Positions 57,194 through 64,000 of a DNA stretch of 64,000 nucleotides are shown in pieces. The stretch covers positions 35,767-99,766 of the forward strand of contig NZ_JBELKF010000003.1 in assembly GCF_042089775.1 (NCBI RefSeq), read 5' to 3'. The DNA comes from Palleronia sp. (GTDB taxonomy: Bacteria > Pseudomonadota > Alphaproteobacteria > Rhodobacterales > Rhodobacteraceae). Both the position numbers and the translations under genes were made by a program. Position 1 is the stretch's first letter; each line of letters begins with the position of its first letter. The notes under the pieces are model-generated. The model was not told the origin of the DNA, ran no database searches, and saw only the letters and a list, made by a program, of their open reading frames with translations.

Positions 57194-57319
57194 CGGGTGT
57201 CTCCTTTTGGGTCGAGTGTGACGGCGCCGGCCGGGATGTCGTCCAGCACGGGCCCTGCCGCGCAGGATTCGCGCGACGAAGCGGGCGTATAACGAGAAGG
57301 CCGGCGCTTGGGAAGGGGG

Positions 57320-57829
57320 CTAGGCCCAGACCCGCGGCGCCTCGGCGTAAGGGATGTAAAGCGGGTGCTTGGGATGCCCCGCCTTGGTCAGCCCCAGGTG
57401 GTGCAGCATGCGCCCCGTACCCCGCATCAGCCGCTCGACCTCGGGCCCCCGGTCCAGATGCGCACCGTGGGTGCCCCAGGCGCAGACGATGGTATCGGCC
57501 CAGTGGCAGCCCGCGACGATGGCCTCGTCGTTTTCGGGGCGGCCCACGGGCTCGGCCGAGCGACGCATGGCCATAGGATCGGTGTCGCGCCAGGCAAAGA
57601 TGTTGCACACCCTGAACGCGCCGAAACCCAGTGTCCGGGCGCGACGCTCGCACCGTTCGACCGTGGGATCGTTCTGCACCTCGGTCGCGGTCGAGGGGTT
57701 CAGCATCACGAACAGCGCCTTCTCTCCCGCCGGGTCCCAGACCCGGGTCAGGGTGTAGCGGTAGTGTTCGCAGTCCGAATAGACCGCGACGCTGGGCGCA
57801 TCGCCCTTCAGGTGCTGCCGTTCGATCAC
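57320..57829 (-). CDS. DUF1643 domain protein
   Basis: Track ORF 57320..57829. It carries [31 protein letters not shown] and HPLYIPY, as I recall for DUF1643. The GTG start overlaps the truB stop. Confidence 0.7.
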   Translation of the reverse strand: MIERQHLKGDAPSVAVYSDCEHYRYTLTRVWDPAGEKALFVMLNPSTATEVQNDPTVERCERRARTLGFGAFRVCNIFAWRDTDPMAMRRSAEPVGRPENDEAIVAGCHWADTIVCAWGTHGAHLDRGPEVERLMRGTGRMLHHLGLTKAGHPKHPLYIPYAEAPRVWA

Positions 57830-58728
57830 GTCAGAAGGACCCGGGTGGGGTGGAACTGCCCCGCGCGATATTGCCCCAGCGCGACTGCCTGCCCCTGATG
57901 CGCGGCCCAGGCGAGGTCGCCGAACTCGGCCGCGGTCGACAAGACCTCTGCCGCGTTGCCGTTGCGAATCCTGGCCGCCGCGATCTGGTTCACGTGGCAG
58001 ACGGGCAGGTCGGACAGCCCCATCTCGACCGGCAGCAGCAGCTGGTCGATCTCTTCGCTGCGGGCAAGCTCCTCGATCCGCTCCATCGTCACCGCCTGGT
58101 CAAGGTCGAACGGCCCCGACCATACCCGCCGCAGCGAAACGACGTGCCCGAGGCACCCCAACTCCTGCCCCAGGTCGCGGGCGATGGCGCGCACATAGCC
58201 GCCCTTGCCGCAGACCAGGTGCAGCTCGGCCGTGTCCTCGTCGGCCTCTTCCAGCACCAGCTCGTCCACGAAAAGGGGACGGGCCTGAAGCTCGGGCGTC
58301 TCGCCCTCGCGCGCCATGTCGTAGGCGCGGCGGCCGTCCACCTTCACCGCCGAAAAGGCGGGGGGCGTCTGCATGATGTCGCCGACATAGCCGGGCAGGG
58401 CGGCCTCGATCGCCTCGGGCGATGGCCGCGCGTCCGAGCTTTCCAGCACCTCGCCCGACGCATCGTCAGTGGTGGTCTGTGCGCCCCAGCGGACGGTGAA
58501 GTCATAGGCCTTCAGCGCGTCGGTGATCGACGACACGATCTTCGTCGCCTCGCCCAGTGCCACGACAAGAACCCCCGTCGCATCGGGGTCCAGCGTGCCC
58601 GCGTGGCCCGCCTTCTTCGCCTCGAAGGCCCAGCGGACCTTGTTGACGACGTCGGTCGAGCCGATCCCCGCCGGCTTGTCCACGACCAGCCAGCCCGAGA
58701 CGTCGCGCCCCTTCTTACGGCGTGCCAT
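57826..58728 (-). CDS. truB: tRNA pseudouridine(55) synthase
   Basis: Track ORF 57826..58728. It carries [13 protein letters not shown] and the catalytic [16 protein letters not shown]. Confidence 0.95.
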   Translation of the reverse strand: MARRKKGRDVSGWLVVDKPAGIGSTDVVNKVRWAFEAKKAGHAGTLDPDATGVLVVALGEATKIVSSITDALKAYDFTVRWGAQTTTDDASGEVLESSDARPSPEAIEAALPGYVGDIMQTPPAFSAVKVDGRRAYDMAREGETPELQARPLFVDELVLEEADEDTAELHLVCGKGGYVRAIARDLGQELGCLGHVVSLRRVWSGPFDLDQAVTMERIEELARSEEIDQLLLPVEMGLSDLPVCHVNQIAAARIRNGNAAEVLSTAAEFGDLAWAAHQGQAVALGQYRAGQFHPTRVLLT

Positions 58729-59456
58729 CAGTCCTCCGTCACCGTTCCGATGATCGGCCCCATGGGCCAGCCCGCGTCATGCCGCCCCGAGCCGGAATCG
58801 TAAAGCCGCGAGATGTTGCCGTCGAAATAAAGCGCGTTCTGCACGCCCAGCTCGTCGCGAAACAGGCGGCCGAACGTGTGGAAGTTCACTGCCTCGTTCG
58901 AGATCGCGAGGTAGAGCGTCCCGCCCGGCCCGACGCCGGCGCCGTTGCGGATGAAGGTCGAATCGGAATCGGCCAGGAACCGCGGGTGCAGCTCGCCGTC
59001 GATCACCAGCATCGGCCCCGACTGCGTGGCGTAGGTGCAGTCGGGCGGATCGGCGGCAAAGGTGCGGCTTTCGATCACCTGCGCGCGGTCCTCGGACAGG
59101 CACAGCACACCGTTCGGCAGCAGGCCGAAATTGCCGGGCCCTTCGGTGGTGACGATCTCGCGCTCGGTCTCGCCACCCTCGACATACAGCCCGACCGGAG
59201 AGCGGTCGGTGTGGTACATCCCGGCGTTCATCGCCACGCCCAGCGTCCGCCCCTCGCCTTCGAGCGCCCGGTTGACCGAGCGGAAGCTGGCATAGGGGGC
59301 GCTGGCCTCGTCGCGCAGGAACAGGCGCACGTCCTCGGTCGCGGGGTCGATCCGGCACACGGTAAAGCCGGCCCCGTCGAAGGACACGTCCTCGCATTCG
59401 GCCGCGGCCGCGGGCAGCGCCGTAACACCCAGCGCAACCAGTGCCGCGCGGATCAC
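58728..59456 (-). CDS. phosphodiester glycosidase-like (DUF2233) secreted protein
   Basis: Track ORF 58728..59456. It has a signal peptide ([13 protein letters not shown]), then [29 protein letters not shown] and ALYFDGNIS, as I recall for DUF2233. Confidence 0.7.
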   Translation of the reverse strand: MIRAALVALGVTALPAAAAECEDVSFDGAGFTVCRIDPATEDVRLFLRDEASAPYASFRSVNRALEGEGRTLGVAMNAGMYHTDRSPVGLYVEGGETEREIVTTEGPGNFGLLPNGVLCLSEDRAQVIESRTFAADPPDCTYATQSGPMLVIDGELHPRFLADSDSTFIRNGAGVGPGGTLYLAISNEAVNFHTFGRLFRDELGVQNALYFDGNISRLYDSGSGRHDAGWPMGPIIGTVTED

Positions 59457-59878
59457 GCCTCGTCCCCGTCGTCGTCGCCTTTGTCGTCCCGCAGGTCGCG
59501 CTGGACATCCTCGCGGGCGAAGAGCTCGCGCGTTTCGTCGAGGCGGTCGAACGTCTCGTCGATGACGAAGCGCAGGTCGGGCGTGAACTTCAGCGTCGTC
59601 TCTTTCGACAGGGTGCGGCGCAGCTCGTGCTTGTTGCGCTTGAGGCCGGCGATCGCCTCCTGCCGATTATGCCCGCCAAGCGGCAGGACATAGACGGTCG
59701 CGATCCTGAGATCGGGCGAGGTGCGCACCTCGGTCACGGTGATCGACAGACGGTTGAGGTCCGGATCGTGGATATCCCCCTGGTTCAGCACGTCCGACAG
59801 CGTGCGGCGGATCAGCTCGCCGACGCGAAGCTGCCGCTGGGAGGGGCCGGAGCCTTCGGAAAAACGGTTCTTGGACAT
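59453..59878 (-). CDS. rbfA: ribosome-binding factor A
   Basis: Track ORF 59453..59878. It carries [17 protein letters not shown] and [19 protein letters not shown], with an acidic tail. Confidence 0.9.
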   Translation of the reverse strand: MSKNRFSEGSGPSQRQLRVGELIRRTLSDVLNQGDIHDPDLNRLSITVTEVRTSPDLRIATVYVLPLGGHNRQEAIAGLKRNKHELRRTLSKETTLKFTPDLRFVIDETFDRLDETRELFAREDVQRDLRDDKGDDDGDEA

Positions 59879-59976
59879 GGGTCGCAGATATTCACCTCTC
59901 CGGGGCGGTGCAACAGGACGTTGCGGGCGGGCGCCGATCCGGGCTAGCTGCCGGCCAACGGATACGGGGGACAGCC

Positions 59977-60774
59977 ATGAAGATCGCGATCGCGGGCGTG
60001 TCGGGCCGGATGGGCCAGATGCTGGTGAAGGCGGTTGAAGAGGCCGACGGCGCCGAGCTGTCGGGCGCGATCGAACGGCCGGAACACGCGTGGGTCGGGC
60101 AGGACCTGGGCGAGATGTGCGGCACGGGGCGGGGCGTCACCGTCTCGGGCGGTGCCGCGCAGGGGATCGCCGGTGCGGACGCGGTGGTCGACTTCACCGC
60201 GCCGGCCGCCACCGTGGCCCTGTCGCGCGCCTGCGCAGAGGCGGGCGTGGCCCATGTGATCGGCACGACGGGCCTGACGGAGAAGGACATCGCCGCCATC
60301 GACGAGGCCGCGCGAGACATCGCGATCGTGCGCGCCGGCAACATGAGCCTCGGCGTCAACCTGCTGACCTCGCTGGTCGAACGTGTCGCGGCGAGTCTCG
60401 GCCTGGAATACGACATCGAGATCGTCGAGGCGCATCACCGCCACAAGGTCGACGCGCCCTCGGGCACTGCCCTAATGCTGGGCGAGGCCGCGGCCAAGGG
60501 ACGCGGCGTGGCGCTGGACGACGTGGCCGACCGCGCCCGCGATGGGCTGACGGGAGAGCGCGAGCCCGGCGCCATCGGCTTCCACGCAGTCCGCGGCGGC
60601 TCGATCATCGGCGCGCACGACGTGGTGTTCGCGGGCCCGGGCGAGACGCTCACCCTGAGCCACGTCGCCAACGACCGCGCCCTGTTCGCCAAGGGCGCGA
60701 TCCGCGCCGCGCTCTGGACGGAAAGTCGCGTGCCGGGGCATTACGACATGGTGAACGTGCTCGGCCTCGACTGA
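59977..60774 (+). CDS. dapB: 4-hydroxy-tetrahydrodipicolinate reductase
   Basis: Internal ATG of track ORF 59908..60774. It carries [28 protein letters not shown] and SRVPGHYDM. Confidence 0.95.
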   Translation: MKIAIAGVSGRMGQMLVKAVEEADGAELSGAIERPEHAWVGQDLGEMCGTGRGVTVSGGAAQGIAGADAVVDFTAPAATVALSRACAEAGVAHVIGTTGLTEKDIAAIDEAARDIAIVRAGNMSLGVNLLTSLVERVAASLGLEYDIEIVEAHHRHKVDAPSGTALMLGEAAAKGRGVALDDVADRARDGLTGEREPGAIGFHAVRGGSIIGAHDVVFAGPGETLTLSHVANDRALFAKGAIRAALWTESRVPGHYDMVNVLGLD

Positions 60775-60777
60775 CGC

Positions 60778-60951
60778 TTAGAAGTCGATGGCGATGCCCT
60801 TCTTTTCCCAGTCGCCATAGCGGATGGCTTCGGGGCCGTCGCGGCCGCCAAGCTCGGGCGGCAGCTCCAGCGGCTTGGCCGCCTTGCGCCGCGCCTCGGC
60901 TTCTTCGAGGGCACGGATCGCCTCGGGGGGAAGGTCCTTGCGATCGTCCAT
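60778..60951 (-). CDS. DUF1674 (SDHAF4-like) small protein, 57 aa
   Basis: Hand translation (MDDRKDLPPEAIRALEEAEARRKAAKPLELPPELGGRDGPEAIRYGDWEKKGIAIDF); below the track cutoff. The C-terminal YGDWEKKGIAIDF is the family signature. Confidence 0.7.
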   Translation of the reverse strand: MDDRKDLPPEAIRALEEAEARRKAAKPLELPPELGGRDGPEAIRYGDWEKKGIAIDF

Positions 60952-61024
60952 GGCTCGCCTCGCTGGTCAAACACGTGTTTTTCGTCATATACGCACCGCC
61001 GTTCCTGCAACAAGGTCTCGCCCC

Positions 61025-62314
61025 ATGGACACCGCCCGCGCCGCCGCGCTTTCGCTGATCCGAGAGGTGACCGAGAACGGCCGCCTGCTGCCCGAGGTTT
61101 CGGACAAGTTCCTGTCGCCACTTTCCGGCCCCGAGCGTGCCCGCGCGCTCAGGCTCGCGCTGACGACGCTACGCTGGAAGGACCGCGCCGACCGGGCGCT
61201 TGGCCCGCATCTGCGGATGAAGCCGCGGCCCGAGGTGCTGAACGTCATGCGGCTCGCCCTGTGCGAGATCTATGTCGAGGGCGCCGCGCCCCACGGCGTG
61301 GTCGGCGCGGCGGTGGACCTGTCGCGCGGGACCGAGCGCGGCAAGGGCCAGGCGGGGCTGGTCAACGCGGTCCTGCGCAACGTCCTGCGCAAGGGTCCCG
61401 AGGCGTGGGAGGCGCTGCCGATCCCCCACCTGCCAAAGTGGCTGCGCAAGCCGCTGGTCGCCGATTACGGCAAGGCCGCCGTCGCGGCGATGGAAGCGGC
61501 CTTCGCCGCCGGCGCGCCGCTTGACCTGACGGTGAAGGACGACCCCGAGCGCTGGGTCACACAGCTTGGCGGCACCGTCACGCCCACCGGATCGGTGCGG
61601 CTTGCGCGCCAGGGGCAGGTGTCGAAGCTGCCCGGCTATGACGAGGGCGCGTGGTGGGTACAGGACGCCGCCGCCACCGTGCCGGTGCGTGCGCTGGACC
61701 CGCAGCCGGGCGAGCGGGTGCTCGACATGTGCGCCGCGCCCGGCGGCAAGACGCTGCAGCTCGCCGCTGCCGGGGCCGAGGTCACCGCGCTCGACATCTC
61801 CGAGGGGCGGCTGGTGCAGGTGCGCGAGAATCTCGACCGCTGCGCCCTGACGGCCGAGATCGTGGCCGCCGACGCGCTCGACTGGCAGGGGGGGCCGTTC
61901 GACGCGGTGCTGCTCGACGCGCCATGCTCGGCCACTGGAACGATCCGGCGCCATCCCGACCTGCCCGTGGCCAAGACCGCCGACAACTTCCCCGACCTCT
62001 TCGCCCTGCAGGAGCGGCTGATCGACCGCGCCCTGTCGCTGGTCAAGCCGGGCGGCCGCGTCGTGTTCTGCACCTGCTCTCTGCTGATCGACGAGGGCGA
62101 GGAGCAGGTCCGCGACGCGCTTGCCCGCCACCCCGGCCTGACGGTCGAGGTCGCGCCCCTTGCGCTGCCCGGCATCGATCCGGAATGGATCGGGGTCGAG
62201 GGGCTGCGCCTGCGGCCCGACTACTGGCCCGAGCTTGGCGGCATGGACGGCTTCTTCGTCACGGTCCTGCGGCGTCCCACCGGCGACGATGACAGCGCGG
62301 GCGGGCTCGGCTAG
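61025..62314 (+). CDS. RsmB/NOP-family SAM-dependent RNA (cytosine-C5) methyltransferase
   Basis: Internal ATG of track ORF 60824..62314. It has an N-terminal NusB-like region, the SAM motif DMCAAPGGKT, and the catalytic Cys motifs DAPCSATG and FCTCSL. Confidence 0.85.
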   Translation: MDTARAAALSLIREVTENGRLLPEVSDKFLSPLSGPERARALRLALTTLRWKDRADRALGPHLRMKPRPEVLNVMRLALCEIYVEGAAPHGVVGAAVDLSRGTERGKGQAGLVNAVLRNVLRKGPEAWEALPIPHLPKWLRKPLVADYGKAAVAAMEAAFAAGAPLDLTVKDDPERWVTQLGGTVTPTGSVRLARQGQVSKLPGYDEGAWWVQDAAATVPVRALDPQPGERVLDMCAAPGGKTLQLAAAGAEVTALDISEGRLVQVRENLDRCALTAEIVAADALDWQGGPFDAVLLDAPCSATGTIRRHPDLPVAKTADNFPDLFALQERLIDRALSLVKPGGRVVFCTCSLLIDEGEEQVRDALARHPGLTVEVAPLALPGIDPEWIGVEGLRLRPDYWPELGGMDGFFVTVLRRPTGDDDSAGGLG

Positions 62315-62336
62315 GCTCGGTCGCGCCAGGAAAGCA

Positions 62337-64000
62337 ATGCCCGTGCCCCCGAACGACCTGACCCGACTGGACCGCCTTCTGATCTGGAACGACCGTCGCC
62401 GTCAGGTGGAGGCCGAGTTCCTCGTCCGTCCCGGTCCGCGCGACACGGGGCGCGTGCATCGCGGGCAGAAGATGCTGACGGGCGAGTTCATGTTCCTCGG
62501 CTACAGCGTCGACGCCCCCGAGACGCCGATCTGGGACCTGCCGATCCCCGAACCCGCCTTCGAGGAAACGCTGCACGCGTTCGGCTGGCTCGACGATCTC
62601 GCCGCGACGGGGGCGGGGGACCGCACGGCGCGCGCCTGGCTCGACGAGTGGATCGCACGCTACGGGCGCGGCGCCGGGCCGGGCTGGCGGCCCGACCTGT
62701 TGGGCCGGCGGGTGCTGCGGCTGATCGACCATTCCGGCATCCTGATGATGGGCACGCGGCCGCGCGACCGCGTTGCCCGCGTATCGCTGCGGGTGCAGGC
62801 GCGGCAGCTCGCCCGGTCCTGGCGCCGTGTCCGGCCCGGGCCCCGCCGCTTCGATGCGCTGGCCGGGCTGCTGCTGGCGACCGGGACGCTCGCCGGTCTT
62901 GCCAGGTATCGTGCAAAGGCGCTGCAGGCGCTGGAGGCCGAGATCACCGCCACGGTCGAGCCCGACGGCACCCTGCCGACCCGCAACACCGAGGCGCTTG
63001 CCCGCATCTTTGCCCAGCTCGTCCGCATCCGCACCGACCTTGAGGTGACCGAGGCCCCGGTCCCCCGGTTCCTGACCGACGCGCTCGAGCGGATCGCCCC
63101 GGTCATCCGGACGCTGCGCCACACCGATGGCGCCCTGCCGCGATTCCACGGCGGCGGGCGCGGCGCGACGGGCCTCGTCGACCAGGCGCTGGCCGGGTCG
63201 CGCGTTCGCCCCACGCTTCCTGCGGATCGGGCGATGGGATACATGCGCCTCGCCCACGGGCGCACGACGCTTCTGATGGATGCGGCGCCCCCGCCCGAGG
63301 GGGCGCATTCGACCGACGGCCACGCCTCGACCCTCGCGTTCGAGCTGACGTCGGGCCGCCGCCCGCTGATCGTGAACTGCGGCTCGGGGCGCACCTTCGG
63401 CGACCGCTGGCGCCGGGCCGGACGGGCGACGCCGTCACATTCCACGCTGACTCTCGCCGGGCTATCCTCGTCCCGGCTGGGGACCGACGGAGTGATCGTC
63501 GACGCGCCCCGCGATGTCCGGGTCGAGCGGCGCCGCAGCGACCTGTCGACCGGCCTCATCGCCGGGCACGACGGCTACGTCCGCAGCCACGGCCTGACCC
63601 ACGTGCGGCAGGTCTACCTCGACCATGACGGGCGCGGCGTGCAGGGCGAGGACGTCATCGCCACGATCGAGACCGAGGACGAGCCGATCCTCGACGCCGC
63701 ACTCGACGCCGCGGGCGGAAGGCTGCCCTTCGCCATCCGCTTTCACCTCCACCCAGATGTCGAGGCCGCGTTCGGCACCGACGGCCACTCCTTCGACCTG
63801 GCGCTGGGTTCAGGCGAGCGGTGGGTGTTCCGCCACACCGGCAACGCGGCGCTGTCGCTGGAACCGTCGGTCTATCTTGACGTGGGCGAGCTTGAACCGA
63901 CGCCCGCACGGCAGATCGTTTTGAGCTCCACGGTGGCGGATTACGCCACCCGCGTGACCTGGACCCTTGCAAAAGCCGACCAAACCCCCGATGCCGTGCG
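62337..64000 (+). CDS. heparinase II/III-like family protein, N-terminal ~554 aa (3' end outside window)
   Basis: Hand translation from the ATG at 62337. The frame stays open to the window edge, which is why it is absent from the track. It carries LHAFGWLDDLAA, GPGWRPDLLGRRVLRLI, TDGALPRFHGG and DGHASTLAFELTSG. Confidence 0.8.
   Translation, partial: MPVPPNDLTRLDRLLIWNDRRRQVEAEFLVRPGPRDTGRVHRGQKMLTGEFMFLGYSVDAPETPIWDLPIPEPAFEETLHAFGWLDDLAATGAGDRTARAWLDEWIARYGRGAGPGWRPDLLGRRVLRLIDHSGILMMGTRPRDRVARVSLRVQARQLARSWRRVRPGPRRFDALAGLLLATGTLAGLARYRAKALQALEAEITATVEPDGTLPTRNTEALARIFAQLVRIRTDLEVTEAPVPRFLTDALERIAPVIRTLRHTDGALPRFHGGGRGATGLVDQALAGSRVRPTLPADRAMGYMRLAHGRTTLLMDAAPPPEGAHSTDGHASTLAFELTSGRRPLIVNCGSGRTFGDRWRRAGRATPSHSTLTLAGLSSSRLGTDGVIVDAPRDVRVERRRSDLSTGLIAGHDGYVRSHGLTHVRQVYLDHDGRGVQGEDVIATIETEDEPILDAALDAAGGRLPFAIRFHLHPDVEAAFGTDGHSFDLALGSGERWVFRHTGNAALSLEPSVYLDVGELEPTPARQIVLSSTVADYATRVTWTLAKADQTPDAV

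Noticed and set aside
1-64000. Search for mobile elements, prophage or defence islands, CRISPR arrays, and tRNA or rRNA genes.
   Set aside because: I saw no transposase, integrase or phage-like ORFs. I saw no regularly spaced repeat arrays and no tRNA-like cloverleaf candidates in the intergenic regions I read. The only AT-richer stretches are short promoter regions.

Overview
High-GC alphaproteobacterial chromosome segment (roughly two-thirds G+C by eye) that looks Rhodobacteraceae-like. Supporting signs are an opgG-opgI-opgH-opgC operon organised as described for Rhodobacter sphaeroides, a GAAC-N7-GAAC SOS box, a CenR-type response regulator and a Rhodobacter-type porin. The window is gene-dense core genome. 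I call 73 CDS, three of them speculative small ORFs, plus several hairpin terminators and candidate operator sites. Content is mostly housekeeping and cell envelope: asd, leuS-lptE-holA, ftsK, dps, lolA, ribA, xthA, pnp, rpsO, truB, rbfA, dapB, cydAB, osmoregulated periplasmic glucan synthesis, two L,D-transpeptidases, an NlpC/P60 peptidase, an SLT-like lipoprotein and two outer-membrane beta-barrel proteins. I saw no rRNA, tRNA, CRISPR array, transposase, integrase or phage genes, and no abrupt compositional island. I did not find a convincing complete novel multi-gene system. The best leads are listed here. (1) A DUF2233 gene and a DUF1643 gene are joined by stop-start overlaps into the rbfA-truB operon. 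(2) An SOS-box-controlled imuB has no adjacent imuA or dnaE2. (3) A STAS/anti-sigma-kinase pair has no sigma factor or phosphatase and sits directly upstream of ggt and a rhodanese gene. (4) There is a standalone NYN-LOTUS predicted RNase. (5) A TetR locus carries a strongly Shine-Dalgarno-led 46-aa exported-peptide ORF and twin operator-like repeats. (6) Convergent genes repeatedly share a CTAG stop-stop overlap. Several real genes under 60 aa are missing from the ORF track: opgI, a DUF2474/CydX-like gene, a Trm112-like gene and a DUF1674 gene. The heparinase-like gene that runs off the 3' edge is also missing. All family assignments come from motif and sequence recognition by eye, and no database search was run.
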